From Candidatus Sericytochromatia bacterium (lineage in GTDB: Bacteria > Cyanobacteriota > Sericytochromatia > S15B-MN24 > JAQBPE01): 48,290 nt of DNA. The translations under genes and the position numbers were made by a program. Under the pieces are notes generated by a model that saw nothing but the letters and a program-made list of their open reading frames with translations, searched no databases and had not been told where the DNA came from. Where the stretch lies: positions 1 through 48,290 of the forward strand of contig JAYKHR010000056.1 in assembly GCA_035285125.1 (NCBI GenBank), read 5' to 3'. Shown in pieces: positions 9,175-18,381 of the stretch (its first letter is position 1; every line of letters begins with the position of its first letter).

Positions 9175-10413
9175 GTGGATCGGACGGTGATCGTTGTGGG
9201 GGCTGGGATGGCGGGCCTCGCCTGCGCGGATGGCCTGCGGGCCGCGGGGTGGCAGCCCATCGTGCTCGAGGCGGCAGCCCGGCCGGGCGGGCGCGTCGGC
9301 TCCCAGCGGCACCCGAGCGGTCACCTCATCGATCGTGGCTTCCAGGTGCTGTTCTCGGCCTACCCGACCGTCGGCCGGGTGCTCGATCTGCCCGCGCTGG
9401 ACCTGCGGGCGTACGACGCTGGCGCCCTCGTCCGGGTGGGGGGGGCCTGGCGCCCCTTCGCCAACCCCTTCGCCCACCCGGGAGACGCCTTCGGGAGCGC
9501 CACGGCGGGGCTGATCCAGCCGGCAGACGCGCTCGCGCTCGCCCGCCTGGCCCTCGAGGCCGGCCTCGGGGGCGGAAGCCCTGGCCTCAGCACGCGCGAG
9601 TACCTGGCCCGCCTCGGCTTCTCAGAGGTCTTCGTCAACCGGTTCCTGTCCCCGTTCTTCTCGGGCATCTGGCTCGACCGGACGCTGGACGTCGAGGCGA
9701 GCGTGTTCCGCTTCTACTGGCGCCTGCTCCTGCTCGGCCGGGCCGTGGTGCCGACGGGGGGCATGCAGGCCTTGCCCGACCAGCTGGCTGGCCGCCTGCC
9801 CGTGGGCGCGCTGCGCCTCGGCACCCAGGTGGCCGCGTTGCACCGCACGGAGGGCCGCGTCACGGGCGTCGTGCTCACGGACGGGCAGCGCCTCGAGGCG
9901 GCCCACGTCGTGCTGGCGACGCCCCCGCACGAGACGGCCCGCTTGCTGGACGAGGCGCCCGCCGTGCGGGGCAAGGCCGCCCTGACGTTGTACTTTTCGG
10001 CTGCCAAGGCCCCCTTCGCCCGCCGGCTGATCGCCCTGTCCCCCGACCCGGCCTCGCCGGTGGGCATCGTGGCCGTGCCGTCCAACGTGGTGCGCGCCTG
10101 CGCGCCCGCGGGCGAGCACCAGGTGGCAGTCCAGGCCCTGCCGGTCGAGGGGCGGGGCCTCGGGCTCGCGCCCGACGAGGCGTTGAGGATCCTGGACGGG
10201 TGGTTCCCGGGGGCCGCGGGCTGGCGCTTCCTCGAGGCCGTCACCGTGCCCTTCGCGCAGTTCGATCAGGCGCCGGGCAGCGGCAGGCTGCCGCTGCGCC
10301 ACCCCGCTGGCGTGCTGGTGGCGAGTGAGGCGACGGGGCAGTCAAGCATCGAAGGGGCGGTCGCGGGCGGCACGGCCGCGGCGCGCGCGCTTGGCGCGCC
10401 GCCCAGCCTATAG
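9175..10413 (+). CDS. FAD-dependent oxidoreductase (amine oxidase/phytoene desaturase superfamily)
   Basis: GAGMAG, GGRV, DRGFQVL, SIEGAVAGG. GGAAGGAG RBS. Confidence 0.88.
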   Translation: MDRTVIVVGAGMAGLACADGLRAAGWQPIVLEAAARPGGRVGSQRHPSGHLIDRGFQVLFSAYPTVGRVLDLPALDLRAYDAGALVRVGGAWRPFANPFAHPGDAFGSATAGLIQPADALALARLALEAGLGGGSPGLSTREYLARLGFSEVFVNRFLSPFFSGIWLDRTLDVEASVFRFYWRLLLLGRAVVPTGGMQALPDQLAGRLPVGALRLGTQVAALHRTEGRVTGVVLTDGQRLEAAHVVLATPPHETARLLDEAPAVRGKAALTLYFSAAKAPFARRLIALSPDPASPVGIVAVPSNVVRACAPAGEHQVAVQALPVEGRGLGLAPDEALRILDGWFPGAAGWRFLEAVTVPFAQFDQAPGSGRLPLRHPAGVLVASEATGQSSIEGAVAGGTAAARALGAPPSL

Positions 10414-11334
10414 CAGGCTGCCCGCTTCGCGCTCTGCGTCTGCGATCCGCCTGAAGACCTTGCAGCGGGGGGGCAGCCGCTCGACGGCGATGGCGGCGAC
10501 GCCGCGCCCGCCGAGCCAGATCCGGGTGGTAACGGGCAGCTGGGCTGAGAGGTGGTCGAGCTCGCCCAGCACCAGGGCGGGGTCATTGACGATTCCCAGG
10601 CCCAGCCCCACCACGCGGGCGTCCACGGCCCGGGCCACCTCCACGAGCTCTGCGGCCGGCACCTGCGCGCCCAGGTAGGTCACCCGCAGGCCGCGCCCGG
10701 CGAGCACGAGGCCCACACACAGCAGGCCCAGCTCGTGGAGGTCCCCCGGTGGCGTCGCCAGAACGGCGAGCGGGGCGTCCGCACGGGGCTCGGTGAGGCG
10801 CATCATCGTGGAGAGCAACCCCCTGAGCAGGTTGCTTGCGATGTGCTCCTGGGCGATGCCCACCCGGCCATCCTCCCAGCCCCTGCCGATGCGCTCCAGC
10901 AAGGGCAGCACGACCTCCTCGACGAGCCTGCTCGCCGGCAGCAGGGCCGCCGCGAACTCGAGCTCCCGGGCGGCCGCGGCCTGGTCGAAGCGGTGGACGG
11001 CCTCGAGCACGCGGTCGGCGACCGTGGGGGCTGCTGCGGTGGCGGCGGCAGGTGCACCCTGAGCGTCCGAGCGCTGCGGCGCGACGACGAGGTCGGCGAG
11101 CTCCGTGTCGCTGAGGTTGGCAATCCGCCCGATGGCGTGGCCTGACCCCACGGCGCGGCGCAGGCGCACCAGCCGGTCGACGTCCGCGGCGCGGTACATC
11201 CGGTGCCCGCCCCCGCTGCGATGGGGCGAGATAGCACTGTAGCGCCGCTCCCACGCCCGGATCGTCTCGGCAGGTAGCCCCGTCAGCGCCACGACGGTCT
11301 TGATGGAGTAGATGGGGACGTCGTGTTCTGTCAC
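10408..11334 (-). CDS. carH: MerR-family cobalamin-binding photoreceptor/repressor (CarH/LitR type)
   Basis: MerR HTH with IRAWERRY and GHRMY, W-x9-EH (WEDGRVGIAQEH), B12 motif DLHELG, YLGAQVP. Confidence 0.88.
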   Translation of the reverse strand: MTEHDVPIYSIKTVVALTGLPAETIRAWERRYSAISPHRSGGGHRMYRAADVDRLVRLRRAVGSGHAIGRIANLSDTELADLVVAPQRSDAQGAPAAATAAAPTVADRVLEAVHRFDQAAAARELEFAAALLPASRLVEEVVLPLLERIGRGWEDGRVGIAQEHIASNLLRGLLSTMMRLTEPRADAPLAVLATPPGDLHELGLLCVGLVLAGRGLRVTYLGAQVPAAELVEVARAVDARVVGLGLGIVNDPALVLGELDHLSAQLPVTTRIWLGGRGVAAIAVERLPPRCKVFRRIADAEREAGSLL

Positions 11335-11362
11335 CTGATCTCCAGTTTCGTACGGTATAACC

Positions 11363-11443
11363 AGGATACGAGGTGTCTCGGTGCCCTGTCAAACTTTTGT
11401 ACAGGACAATAGTTTGACAATGCTGGGCCAGGCCGGCTACACT
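11363..11443. promoter_or_regulatory. Divergent sigma70-type promoters for carH and folE with putative CarH operator
   Basis: Plus strand TTGACA(11414)-N18-TACACT. Minus strand TTGACA(11392)-N18-TATCCT. 9-bp inverted repeat TGTCAAACT/AGTTTGACA. ACA triplets end at 11408, 11419 and 11441 (11-bp phase). Confidence 0.75.
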
Positions 11444-11479
11444 CGAGCTACCAGTAATATCGGGAAAGGAACACTAGCC

Positions 11480-12106
11480 ATGACCGTGAAGTCTATTCGC
11501 ACGGAGCCCGTCTGGGTGATCGAGGCCCCCGTCGCCGTCAAGGCGCCCGTCACCGAGGAGGCCGCCGCGCTGGCCCTGCGGACCCTGCTCACCTACATCG
11601 GCGAGGATCCCGATCGGGAGGGGCTCCAGGACACGCCGAGCCGCGTGTTGCGGGCCTACGGCGAACAGTTTGCCGGCTACAAGCAGAGCCCTGCCGAGAT
11701 CCTGTCCACCACCTTCGCTGAGGTGGAAGGCTACGAGGAGCTCGTGCTGCTCAAGGACATCCCCTTCCACTCGACGTGTGAGCATCACCTGCAACCCTTC
11801 GAGGGCGTGGCTCACGTGGCCTACATGCCGGGCGACCGCGTGGTGGGCCTGTCCAAGCTGGCGCGCCTCGTCGACTGCTTCGCGCGCCGCGCACAGATCC
11901 AGGAGCGCCTCACCCGCCAGGTCGCCGGCGCGCTGATGGAGCACCTCGCGCCCCGCGGAGCGGCCGTGGTGGTCGAGGCCACGCACGGCTGCATGCGCTG
12001 CCGCGGCGTCCGCAAGGAAGGCGCCCGGATGGTCACGGCGGCTTACGAGGGGGCCTTCGCCACCCCCGACGCCCGCCGGGAGTTCCTGCACCTGGTGAAG
12101 GGCTGA
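11480..12106 (+). CDS. folE: GTP cyclohydrolase I
   Basis: REGLQDTPSRV, STCEHHL, GLSKLAR, QIQERLT, HGCMRCRGV. AAGGA RBS. Confidence 0.96.
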   Translation: MTVKSIRTEPVWVIEAPVAVKAPVTEEAAALALRTLLTYIGEDPDREGLQDTPSRVLRAYGEQFAGYKQSPAEILSTTFAEVEGYEELVLLKDIPFHSTCEHHLQPFEGVAHVAYMPGDRVVGLSKLARLVDCFARRAQIQERLTRQVAGALMEHLAPRGAAVVVEATHGCMRCRGVRKEGARMVTAAYEGAFATPDARREFLHLVKG

Positions 12107-12122
12107 GGCCCGGGAGCCGGGG

Positions 12123-13526
12123 ATGACGCACTACCGGCGCGCCTCGCGGATGCCCGTCCCGGCAGCCAGGCTCTATGCCTGGCACGCCGCGCCGGGGGCC
12201 TTCCAGCGGCTTGCCCCGCCCTGGGAAGACATTCGCGACGTGCGGCGCGTCGGGGGCCTGGAGGCAGGGGCCGAGACCCGGTTCGTCGTGCGCAAGGGGC
12301 CGTTGTCCTTGCCCTGGGTCGCCCGGCACGATGCCCACGAGGAAGGCCGGATGTTCGCCGACGTGCAGGACCAGGGACCCTTCGCCAGCTGGCGGCACGT
12401 GCACCGCTTCGAGCCTGCCGGCGACCAGGAGAGCCTGCTGGTCGACGAGGTCGATTACAGCGCCCCCCTGGGCCCCCTCGGCGACCTGGTCGGGGGGCCC
12501 TTCCTGGCGGCCATGGTGGCGCGGATGTTTGCCTTCCGCCACGCCCGCACGCTCGCCGACCTGACGCGTCACGCCCGCCATGCGGCAGCGGGGCCCCGGC
12601 GGGTGCTCGTCAGCGGCTCCTCCGGCCTCATCGGGCGGGCCCTGGTCGCCTTCCTGCAGGGCGGGGGCCACGACGTCGTGCGGCTCGTCCGGCGGGCGCC
12701 TGGGGCCGGCGAGGTGCAGTGGGACCCTGCCAGGGGCGTCCTCGACCCTGCCTCGCTGGAGGGCTTCGACGCCGTCGTGCATCTCGCCGGAGAGGGCATC
12801 GCGGAGGGCCGCTGGACGCCTGCGCGGAAGGACGCCATCTTGCGGAGTCGCACGGAGGGCACGAGGCTCCTGGCCGAAACGCTGGCGCGCGTCGCGCGGA
12901 AGCCCGAGGTGCTGGTCTCTGCCTCTGCCATCGGCTTTTATGGGGACCGTGGGGACCAGGCCCTCGACGAGTCGGCAGCCCCTGGCACCGGCTTCCTGGC
13001 CGACGTGACCCGGGCGTGGGAAGCCGCTGCCCAGCCTGCCAGCGACGCCGGCATCCGGCTGGTGTGCCTGCGCACGGGCATTGTGCTCTCGCCGCAGGGG
13101 GGGGCCCTGGCCCAGATGCTGCCACCCTTCCAGCTGGGCCTGGGAGGCCCGGTGGGAAGCGGTCGTCAGGTGATGAGCTGGATTGCCCTCGACGACCTCG
13201 TGGGGGCCATCCACCACGCGATCTTCACCCCTTCCCTGCGCGGCCCCGTCAACGGCACGGCCCCTGCGCCCGTCACCAGCGCTGAGTTCGGTCGGACGCT
13301 GGGCAAGGTGCTGGGGCGGCCCGCCGTGATGCCGCTGCCGGGGGTGGCCGTGCAGGCCCTCTTCGGCGAGATGGGCGCAGCGCTGCTGCTCGGCGGGGCC
13401 CGCGTGATGCCGAACGCCCTCCTGGCGTCGGGGTTCACCTTCCTGTGCCCGACGCTGGAGGACGCCCTGCGGTATGAACTCGGCTTGCTCGAGCCGACGG
13501 CAGACGCCGGCGCGGTGGCAGCCTGA
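12123..13526 (+). CDS. TIGR01777-family epimerase-like protein fused to N-terminal SRPBCC domain
   Basis: N-terminal WVARH...GPFASWRHVHRF. C-terminal GSSGLIG, HLAGEGI, SASAIGFYG, GSGRQVMSWI. Confidence 0.88.
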   Translation: MTHYRRASRMPVPAARLYAWHAAPGAFQRLAPPWEDIRDVRRVGGLEAGAETRFVVRKGPLSLPWVARHDAHEEGRMFADVQDQGPFASWRHVHRFEPAGDQESLLVDEVDYSAPLGPLGDLVGGPFLAAMVARMFAFRHARTLADLTRHARHAAAGPRRVLVSGSSGLIGRALVAFLQGGGHDVVRLVRRAPGAGEVQWDPARGVLDPASLEGFDAVVHLAGEGIAEGRWTPARKDAILRSRTEGTRLLAETLARVARKPEVLVSASAIGFYGDRGDQALDESAAPGTGFLADVTRAWEAAAQPASDAGIRLVCLRTGIVLSPQGGALAQMLPPFQLGLGGPVGSGRQVMSWIALDDLVGAIHHAIFTPSLRGPVNGTAPAPVTSAEFGRTLGKVLGRPAVMPLPGVAVQALFGEMGAALLLGGARVMPNALLASGFTFLCPTLEDALRYELGLLEPTADAGAVAA

Positions 13527-13528
13527 GG

Positions 13529-13969
13529 CTAGTTGTCGGGCGAGCCGGCGGCCTGCCAGGCCTTGAGCGTGGCGATCTGCGCTGCCGTCAGCTTGGCCCC
13601 GGCTTTGGGCATGCGGCCAGACTCCACGGAGGCCACCAGGCGGGCGATGTTCGAGGCGGAGGCGCCGTGAACGGCTTCGCCGTCGGCCGCCAGGAAGGTG
13701 GGCCGGGCCGACCCGCTCGGGCCGTGGCAGCCCGCGCAGCTCGCCTTCAGGATGGGGCCCACCTCGCCCTTGAAGGAGACGGTGGTGCCCCCGCCTGCCG
13801 GAGGCGGGGTGGTGGCGCCGCCGCCCGTCGACGGCTTGGCCGGGCTGCCGCCAGCCGAGGGCGGCGCGACCTGCGCGCCCTGAGGCGCGGCGCAGGCGAC
13901 CAGCGCGGCGAGCGCGAGACCTGCGACCGTCACGAGGGGCCAGGAGGCACGGGGAGCGGCTGGTGGCAC
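13529..13969 (-). CDS. Monoheme c-type cytochrome lipoprotein
   Basis: Lipobox LVAC, low-complexity linker, CAGCH heme motif, distal GRMP. Start inferred from AGAGG RBS. Confidence 0.75.
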   Translation of the reverse strand: MPPAAPRASWPLVTVAGLALAALVACAAPQGAQVAPPSAGGSPAKPSTGGGATTPPPAGGGTTVSFKGEVGPILKASCAGCHGPSGSARPTFLAADGEAVHGASASNIARLVASVESGRMPKAGAKLTAAQIATLKAWQAAGSPDN

Positions 13970-14036
13970 GACAGACCTCTTTCTCGAATCGTACGGGCAG
14001 ATGCGTTCGGGTATATACCCCGAGGGGAGGCTCTCC

Positions 14037-15446
14037 GTGCGATTTCTCCACACCTGCCTGGTCGTGCTGTTGCTCTCGGCGTGCCAGCTTCAGGCGCCGG
14101 TGGCCGAGGGTGAGCCGGAGCGCCGCGCCGCGCTGGCCTTCCCCGTGCGCCCGGTGAAGGGGCAGGTGATGGCGCCACCAGGCCTCATCGGCGTGGACGG
14201 CGGCACCCTCATCGGCGTGGACGGCGGCACCCTCATCGGGGTGGATGGCGGCTCCCTCATCGGGGTTGACGGCGGCACCCTGCGCCTGGCGCAGGCGGGC
14301 CTGGTGCCCTTGGGCGGGGCGGCGGTGGTGCTCGCGGGCCCGGACGGCGTGCCAGTCACGCCTGCCGTCACGGTTCAGACGGATGCGCAGGGGCGCTTCA
14401 CGCTTCGGGCGCGGCTGCGCGGTGGGGTGCTGCTGGTGTTGGCGCGCGGCCCCTCGGGGGCCCCGGTGCGCCTGTCGGCCATCCCCAGTGCCGCGCAGCC
14501 GGGTGGGGAGGTGGCCGTCACGCCGGCGACGACGGCCGTCTCGGCCGCCTTGATGGCCGAGGCCCGCGAGGGGCGGAAGAACTTCTCCGGGGTGGTGGCG
14601 CGAGACTACGAGGCTGCCGTGGAGGCCCTCGCCGGGCGGTTGGCCGGCGTCACCGTCGCGCAGCTGGCGGATGTGGCTGGCCTGGCGGGCCTGTACCGCG
14701 CCGCCGCGGCGGAGGACGACGGCCTGCGGGCGGGCTTCGAGCGGTTGAAGGCGGCCCTCAGCACCACCGTGTACGACGAGGAGCCGGCGCCTGGCCCGGC
14801 GGCTTCCACCTCCCCCACCCAGGGGGCGCCCGCCGCTGGGGCCGGTGCCAACCTCGTGGCCCTCCCCCCCGAGCCGGTGGTGCCCACCGCGACGCCCGAC
14901 GCGGCCGTGAGCCCGTCCGCCGGGTTCGAGCCGACCCCTGCGCCGACGACATCGCCACCGGCGGTGGGCCCGGCGCCTGACCCGGCGGAGCCCCCCTTTC
15001 CCGCGGCCCCTGCCCCGGCGCCCACGGTCGCCCCGCGCGTCTTCAAGGTGCCTGCCAGGGTCGCGAACTGCGAGGCCTGGTACGACACGGGGATGTCGCT
15101 CGAGGCCGCCGACGTCCTGACCATCAGGGTCGACGGGGTCTGGCGCTGGAGCGCGGGCGCGGCGGACATTGGCCCGGAAGGCGACCCCAGGAAGACCTTG
15201 CCCGACCCCTCGTGTTTCCTCCCGCTGTTTACCCCCGTGGACTGCAACTGCGTCTTTCCACTGCCCGGGAAGCCCCTGGGGGCCCTGGTGATGAAGACCG
15301 ATGGCGGCAAGCGCCTGGTCGGCCGCGGCGTCGGAGGGCTCAGCGGACTGACGGGCCGCCTCCGGTTCCGGATGAACGACAGCGACACGGACGACAACGG
15401 CGACTCTGTGCTCACCGTGACCGTCACCACCTCGCGCCAGCCTTAG
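14037..15446 (+). CDS. Lipoprotein with LIGVDGGT repeats and C-terminal LecA/PA-IL-like domain
   Basis: GGGAGG RBS, LLSAC lipobox, four repeats, Pro/Ala stalk. C-terminal GPEG, GALVMK, NDSDTDDNG. Confidence 0.75.
   Translation: MRFLHTCLVVLLLSACQLQAPVAEGEPERRAALAFPVRPVKGQVMAPPGLIGVDGGTLIGVDGGTLIGVDGGSLIGVDGGTLRLAQAGLVPLGGAAVVLAGPDGVPVTPAVTVQTDAQGRFTLRARLRGGVLLVLARGPSGAPVRLSAIPSAAQPGGEVAVTPATTAVSAALMAEAREGRKNFSGVVARDYEAAVEALAGRLAGVTVAQLADVAGLAGLYRAAAAEDDGLRAGFERLKAALSTTVYDEEPAPGPAASTSPTQGAPAAGAGANLVALPPEPVVPTATPDAAVSPSAGFEPTPAPTTSPPAVGPAPDPAEPPFPAAPAPAPTVAPRVFKVPARVANCEAWYDTGMSLEAADVLTIRVDGVWRWSAGAADIGPEGDPRKTLPDPSCFLPLFTPVDCNCVFPLPGKPLGALVMKTDGGKRLVGRGVGGLSGLTGRLRFRMNDSDTDDNGDSVLTVTVTTSRQP
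14184..14279 (+). repeat. 4 x 24-bp coding tandem repeat (LIGVDGG[T/S])
   Basis: ctcatcggcgtggacggcggcacc twice exactly, then two near-identical copies. Confidence 0.95.
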
Positions 15447-15516
15447 GCCCTTGCCTGGCGCCCGTCGGCTTAGGACGGGGAGCGGCGGGGTATGCCCTCA
15501 GGGGAGGGGTCTGTGG

Positions 15517-16842
15517 ATGCGGGCAAGTGGTTGGGTGCTGTCGGTTGCGTTGCTGGTGGGGTGCCAGGCGGCCCGGCCCGTGGGGCCGGCTGCGGAGCCC
15601 GGGGAGCAACGGTCCCGCGCGGGCCTGCCCGCCACCGTCGTGCGGGGCGTCGTCACGGCCCCGGCCTCGTTGATCGGCGTCGACGGGGGCACACTCGTGG
15701 GCCCGGACGGCGGCACCCTGGCCTGGCTGGAGCCGGGGATGCTGATCGGGGTCGACGGGGGCACCCTGGCCCGCCCTGGCGGCTGGCGGCTCTCCCAGGC
15801 GGGCGCGGTGCCGCTCGCCCGGACCGTCGTGCTGCTGGCAGGCCCGGATGGCACGCCCCTGGTGCCGCGGGTGCAGACGCTGACGGACGCCAGCGGCCGG
15901 TACTCCCTCCAGGCCCGGGGGCGGGCGGGCCTAGTCGTGGCCCTGGCGCTCACCCAAGAGCGCCGGCTGGTGAGGCTCTCGGGCTTGTTGCACGAGACGG
16001 CGGCGGGGCAGGTGGCCGTCTCGCCGGCCAGCACGCTCGTCTCCACGGCCCTGATCGCCGAGTTGGCGGGCACGCCGCGCAACTTCTCGGCTGTGCGCGC
16101 GGCGGACTATCAGACGGCCCTGGCGGGCGTGGGCCCGGCGGCGGCGGCGCTCACGCCCGCCACGCTGACCGCCCCGGAGGCGCTGCTGGCGGCGGCGCGG
16201 GAGGCCATCGGCGCGTCCGACGGTGCGCGCAAGGGTTTTGAGGCCGTCGTGGCGCGGCTGGCGGCGGCAACCTACGATGAGGAGGCCCCGCCGTCGCTGC
16301 CTGCGGCTGCCCCGTCTGTGGCAGCCGGCGGCCGGGAGTCGTCGGCCGGCCAGGCCCAGCGCGGGGCGCCGACGGCCTCGCCAGGTGCCACACCAACGGC
16401 GGCGCCCCCCCCCACGCCTGCGAGTGCCGAGGGGCCGCCCAGTCCCACCCCGATGCCGCAGCCCTCGCCGTTCAGGCTGAACGCCAAGATGCCCGCGGGG
16501 GATTGCGTCGAGGAGTCTTTCACCGGCATCACCATGGCCGCGAGCGACACGGTGACGCTCACGGCGACGGGCACCGTGACCCTGAACCGCAGCGGCCTCA
16601 AGGCGGACCCGCAGGGCCTGGCGCGGACGCTTCCCATTCCGGTGCGCTGCTCTTATCCCGACCGCAAGAGGCCGCTGGGCGCTGCCCTGGCGCGCGTGGG
16701 CACTGATGGCCCTTGGCACCCCACGGGCACCTTGCCCACCGGCCTGGAGGGTCCACTTTTCCTCGTGGTGAACGACGCCGTCGCCTCCGACAACGACGGC
16801 TACTTCGACGTCACGATCACCATCCAGCGCGAGACGCCCTGA
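15517..16842 (+). CDS. Paralogous lipoprotein with LIGVDGGT repeats and LecA/PA-IL-like C-terminal domain
   Basis: LLVGC lipobox, repeats, RNFS and YDEE blocks shared with 14037. C-terminal DPQG, LGAALARVG, VNDAVASDNDG. Confidence 0.75.
   Translation: MRASGWVLSVALLVGCQAARPVGPAAEPGEQRSRAGLPATVVRGVVTAPASLIGVDGGTLVGPDGGTLAWLEPGMLIGVDGGTLARPGGWRLSQAGAVPLARTVVLLAGPDGTPLVPRVQTLTDASGRYSLQARGRAGLVVALALTQERRLVRLSGLLHETAAGQVAVSPASTLVSTALIAELAGTPRNFSAVRAADYQTALAGVGPAAAALTPATLTAPEALLAAAREAIGASDGARKGFEAVVARLAAATYDEEAPPSLPAAAPSVAAGGRESSAGQAQRGAPTASPGATPTAAPPPTPASAEGPPSPTPMPQPSPFRLNAKMPAGDCVEESFTGITMAASDTVTLTATGTVTLNRSGLKADPQGLARTLPIPVRCSYPDRKRPLGAALARVGTDGPWHPTGTLPTGLEGPLFLVVNDAVASDNDGYFDVTITIQRETP
15670..15765 (+). 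repeat. Degenerate 4 x 8-aa repeat (LIGVDGGT/LVGPDGGT/LAWLEPGM/LIGVDGGT)
   Basis: 24-bp period is retained. Confidence 0.85.
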
Positions 16843-16882
16843 CTGGCCGGCATCTGCGCTCCCCGACGTCTCCGTTCGGGGC

Positions 16883-16917
16883 TTGACATTAACCTTATCT
16901 TAATTTAATATTAAACA
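16883..16917 (+). promoter_or_regulatory. Sigma70-type promoter TTGACA-N17-TAATAT with three 11-bp-period TTAA repeats
   Basis: TTGACA 16883-16888, TAATAT 16906-16911. ATTAACCT/CTTAATTT/ATTAAACA. Confidence 0.7.
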
Positions 16918-16947
16918 CGTCTTCCCTCTCGTCGCCGGAGGCCTGCC

Positions 16948-18381
16948 GTGTTACCGCTTCGCCGCCTCGCCGCTGCCCTGCTGGGGCTGGCCGTCCTGAC
17001 CACCACGGGCTGTGGCGCCCCCGCCGCGCGCTCGGCCCAGACGGCCTCCGCCGACACGCTCTTCGCGCGCAGCGCCGAGCCGGCCGCGGTGGTGATCCGC
17101 TACCAGACGCGCGGCCAGCTGGCCGCGCTCGCCAAGGTCGGCGTCGCCATCGAGGGCCTCGACCGCCCCAACAAGCGCTTCCGCACCACCCTCACGCGTG
17201 AGCAGTTCGAGGTGGCCCGTCGGCTTGGCCTCTCCGTCACGCAGGACCTCGGCGGGGGGCGCAACGACTACGACCCCAAGTACCGCACCTATGCCCAGAC
17301 GGCCCAGGCCTTGCGGGCGCTTGCGGCCAAGCTGCCCGGCCGCGCGGAGGTGGTCGACGTCGGGGACTCGTGGGAGAAGACCCAGCAGAAGGCCGACCGC
17401 GACCTCCTGGCGCTGCACCTCGGGCAGGGGGGCACGGGCAAGCCCGTGGTCCTGTTCGCTGGCTGCCACCACGCCCGCGAGCTTGCCACCCCCGAGGTCG
17501 TGCTGCTGATGGCGCAGCACCTGGTGGAGGGCTACGGCAAGGATGCCGAGGTGACGGGGCTCCTCGACACGCGCGACATCTGGCTCGTGCCGATGGTCAA
17601 CCCGGACGGCCACGCCCGCGCGGAGAAGGGCGCAGACCAGCGCAAGAACACCAACAACGTCACGGGTGGCAAGGGCCGCATCGGCGTCGATCTGAACCGT
17701 AACTACGGTGGCCCGTCCTGGGGCCAGGTGGGCACAAGCAGCAACCCGGAGTCGGACACCTTCGGCGGCCGCTCGGGCTTCTCCGAGCCCGAGACCCAGG
17801 CGATGCGTGACCTGATGCGCCGCATCCGGCCCACCTACCTGCTCACGTTCCACAGCTACTCCAACATGGTGCTGTGGCCCTGGGGTTACACCGATGAGCC
17901 GCCGCCTGACCCGCGTCTGGCGCTGGTGGGCAAGAAGCTGGGCGAGCTGTCTGGGTACGAGGTCGGCCAGTCAGGCCCGGCCCTGTACCCGACGGCCGGG
18001 GACGACACCGACTGGGCCTTCGCCGAGCTGGGCACGCTCGCGTATACCGTCGAGATCGGGGGCTGGAGCGACGGCTTTGATCCGCCTTACAGCAGCGTGG
18101 CCCGCTTCTGGGACGAGAACCGGCCGATGATGCTCTACACGCTCCGCACGGCCGACAACCCGGCGGCCGCAGCCGGCCCTGAGGTTGTTCGGCAGCGGAC
18201 GGGTCCGCGCCCGGTGGCGGCCGAGTACTTCCTCGGGCAGCCCGGGCCGGCCGGCTCGGGTCAGCCGTCGGCCCCGGGTGCGGCGCCCGTGGTGGCGGTC
18301 GGGGCGCGCACGCTGGTGTGGTCCCACGCCCGGGATGGGCGCGGCACATGGGGGCCGTGGACGATCACCTGGAGCCGCTGA
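16948..18381 (+). CDS. M14 zinc carboxypeptidase (carboxypeptidase T-like), lipoprotein
   Basis: HHARE, NPDG, RKN, GVDLNRN, SEPET, FHSY, YTVE. Signal ending TTGC, GGAGG RBS. Confidence 0.92.
   Translation: MLPLRRLAAALLGLAVLTTTGCGAPAARSAQTASADTLFARSAEPAAVVIRYQTRGQLAALAKVGVAIEGLDRPNKRFRTTLTREQFEVARRLGLSVTQDLGGGRNDYDPKYRTYAQTAQALRALAAKLPGRAEVVDVGDSWEKTQQKADRDLLALHLGQGGTGKPVVLFAGCHHARELATPEVVLLMAQHLVEGYGKDAEVTGLLDTRDIWLVPMVNPDGHARAEKGADQRKNTNNVTGGKGRIGVDLNRNYGGPSWGQVGTSSNPESDTFGGRSGFSEPETQAMRDLMRRIRPTYLLTFHSYSNMVLWPWGYTDEPPPDPRLALVGKKLGELSGYEVGQSGPALYPTAGDDTDWAFAELGTLAYTVEIGGWSDGFDPPYSSVARFWDENRPMMLYTLRTADNPAAAAGPEVVRQRTGPRPVAAEYFLGQPGPAGSGQPSAPGAAPVVAVGARTLVWSHARDGRGTWGPWTITWSR

Noticed and set aside
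9175..10413. Calling the FAD oxidoreductase crtI
   Set aside because: Shorter than typical CrtI, lacks its C-terminal signature, and has no adjacent crtB.
14184..14279. 24-bp repeats as a CRISPR array
   Set aside because: No spacers, in-frame coding with mostly synonymous variation, and no cas genes.
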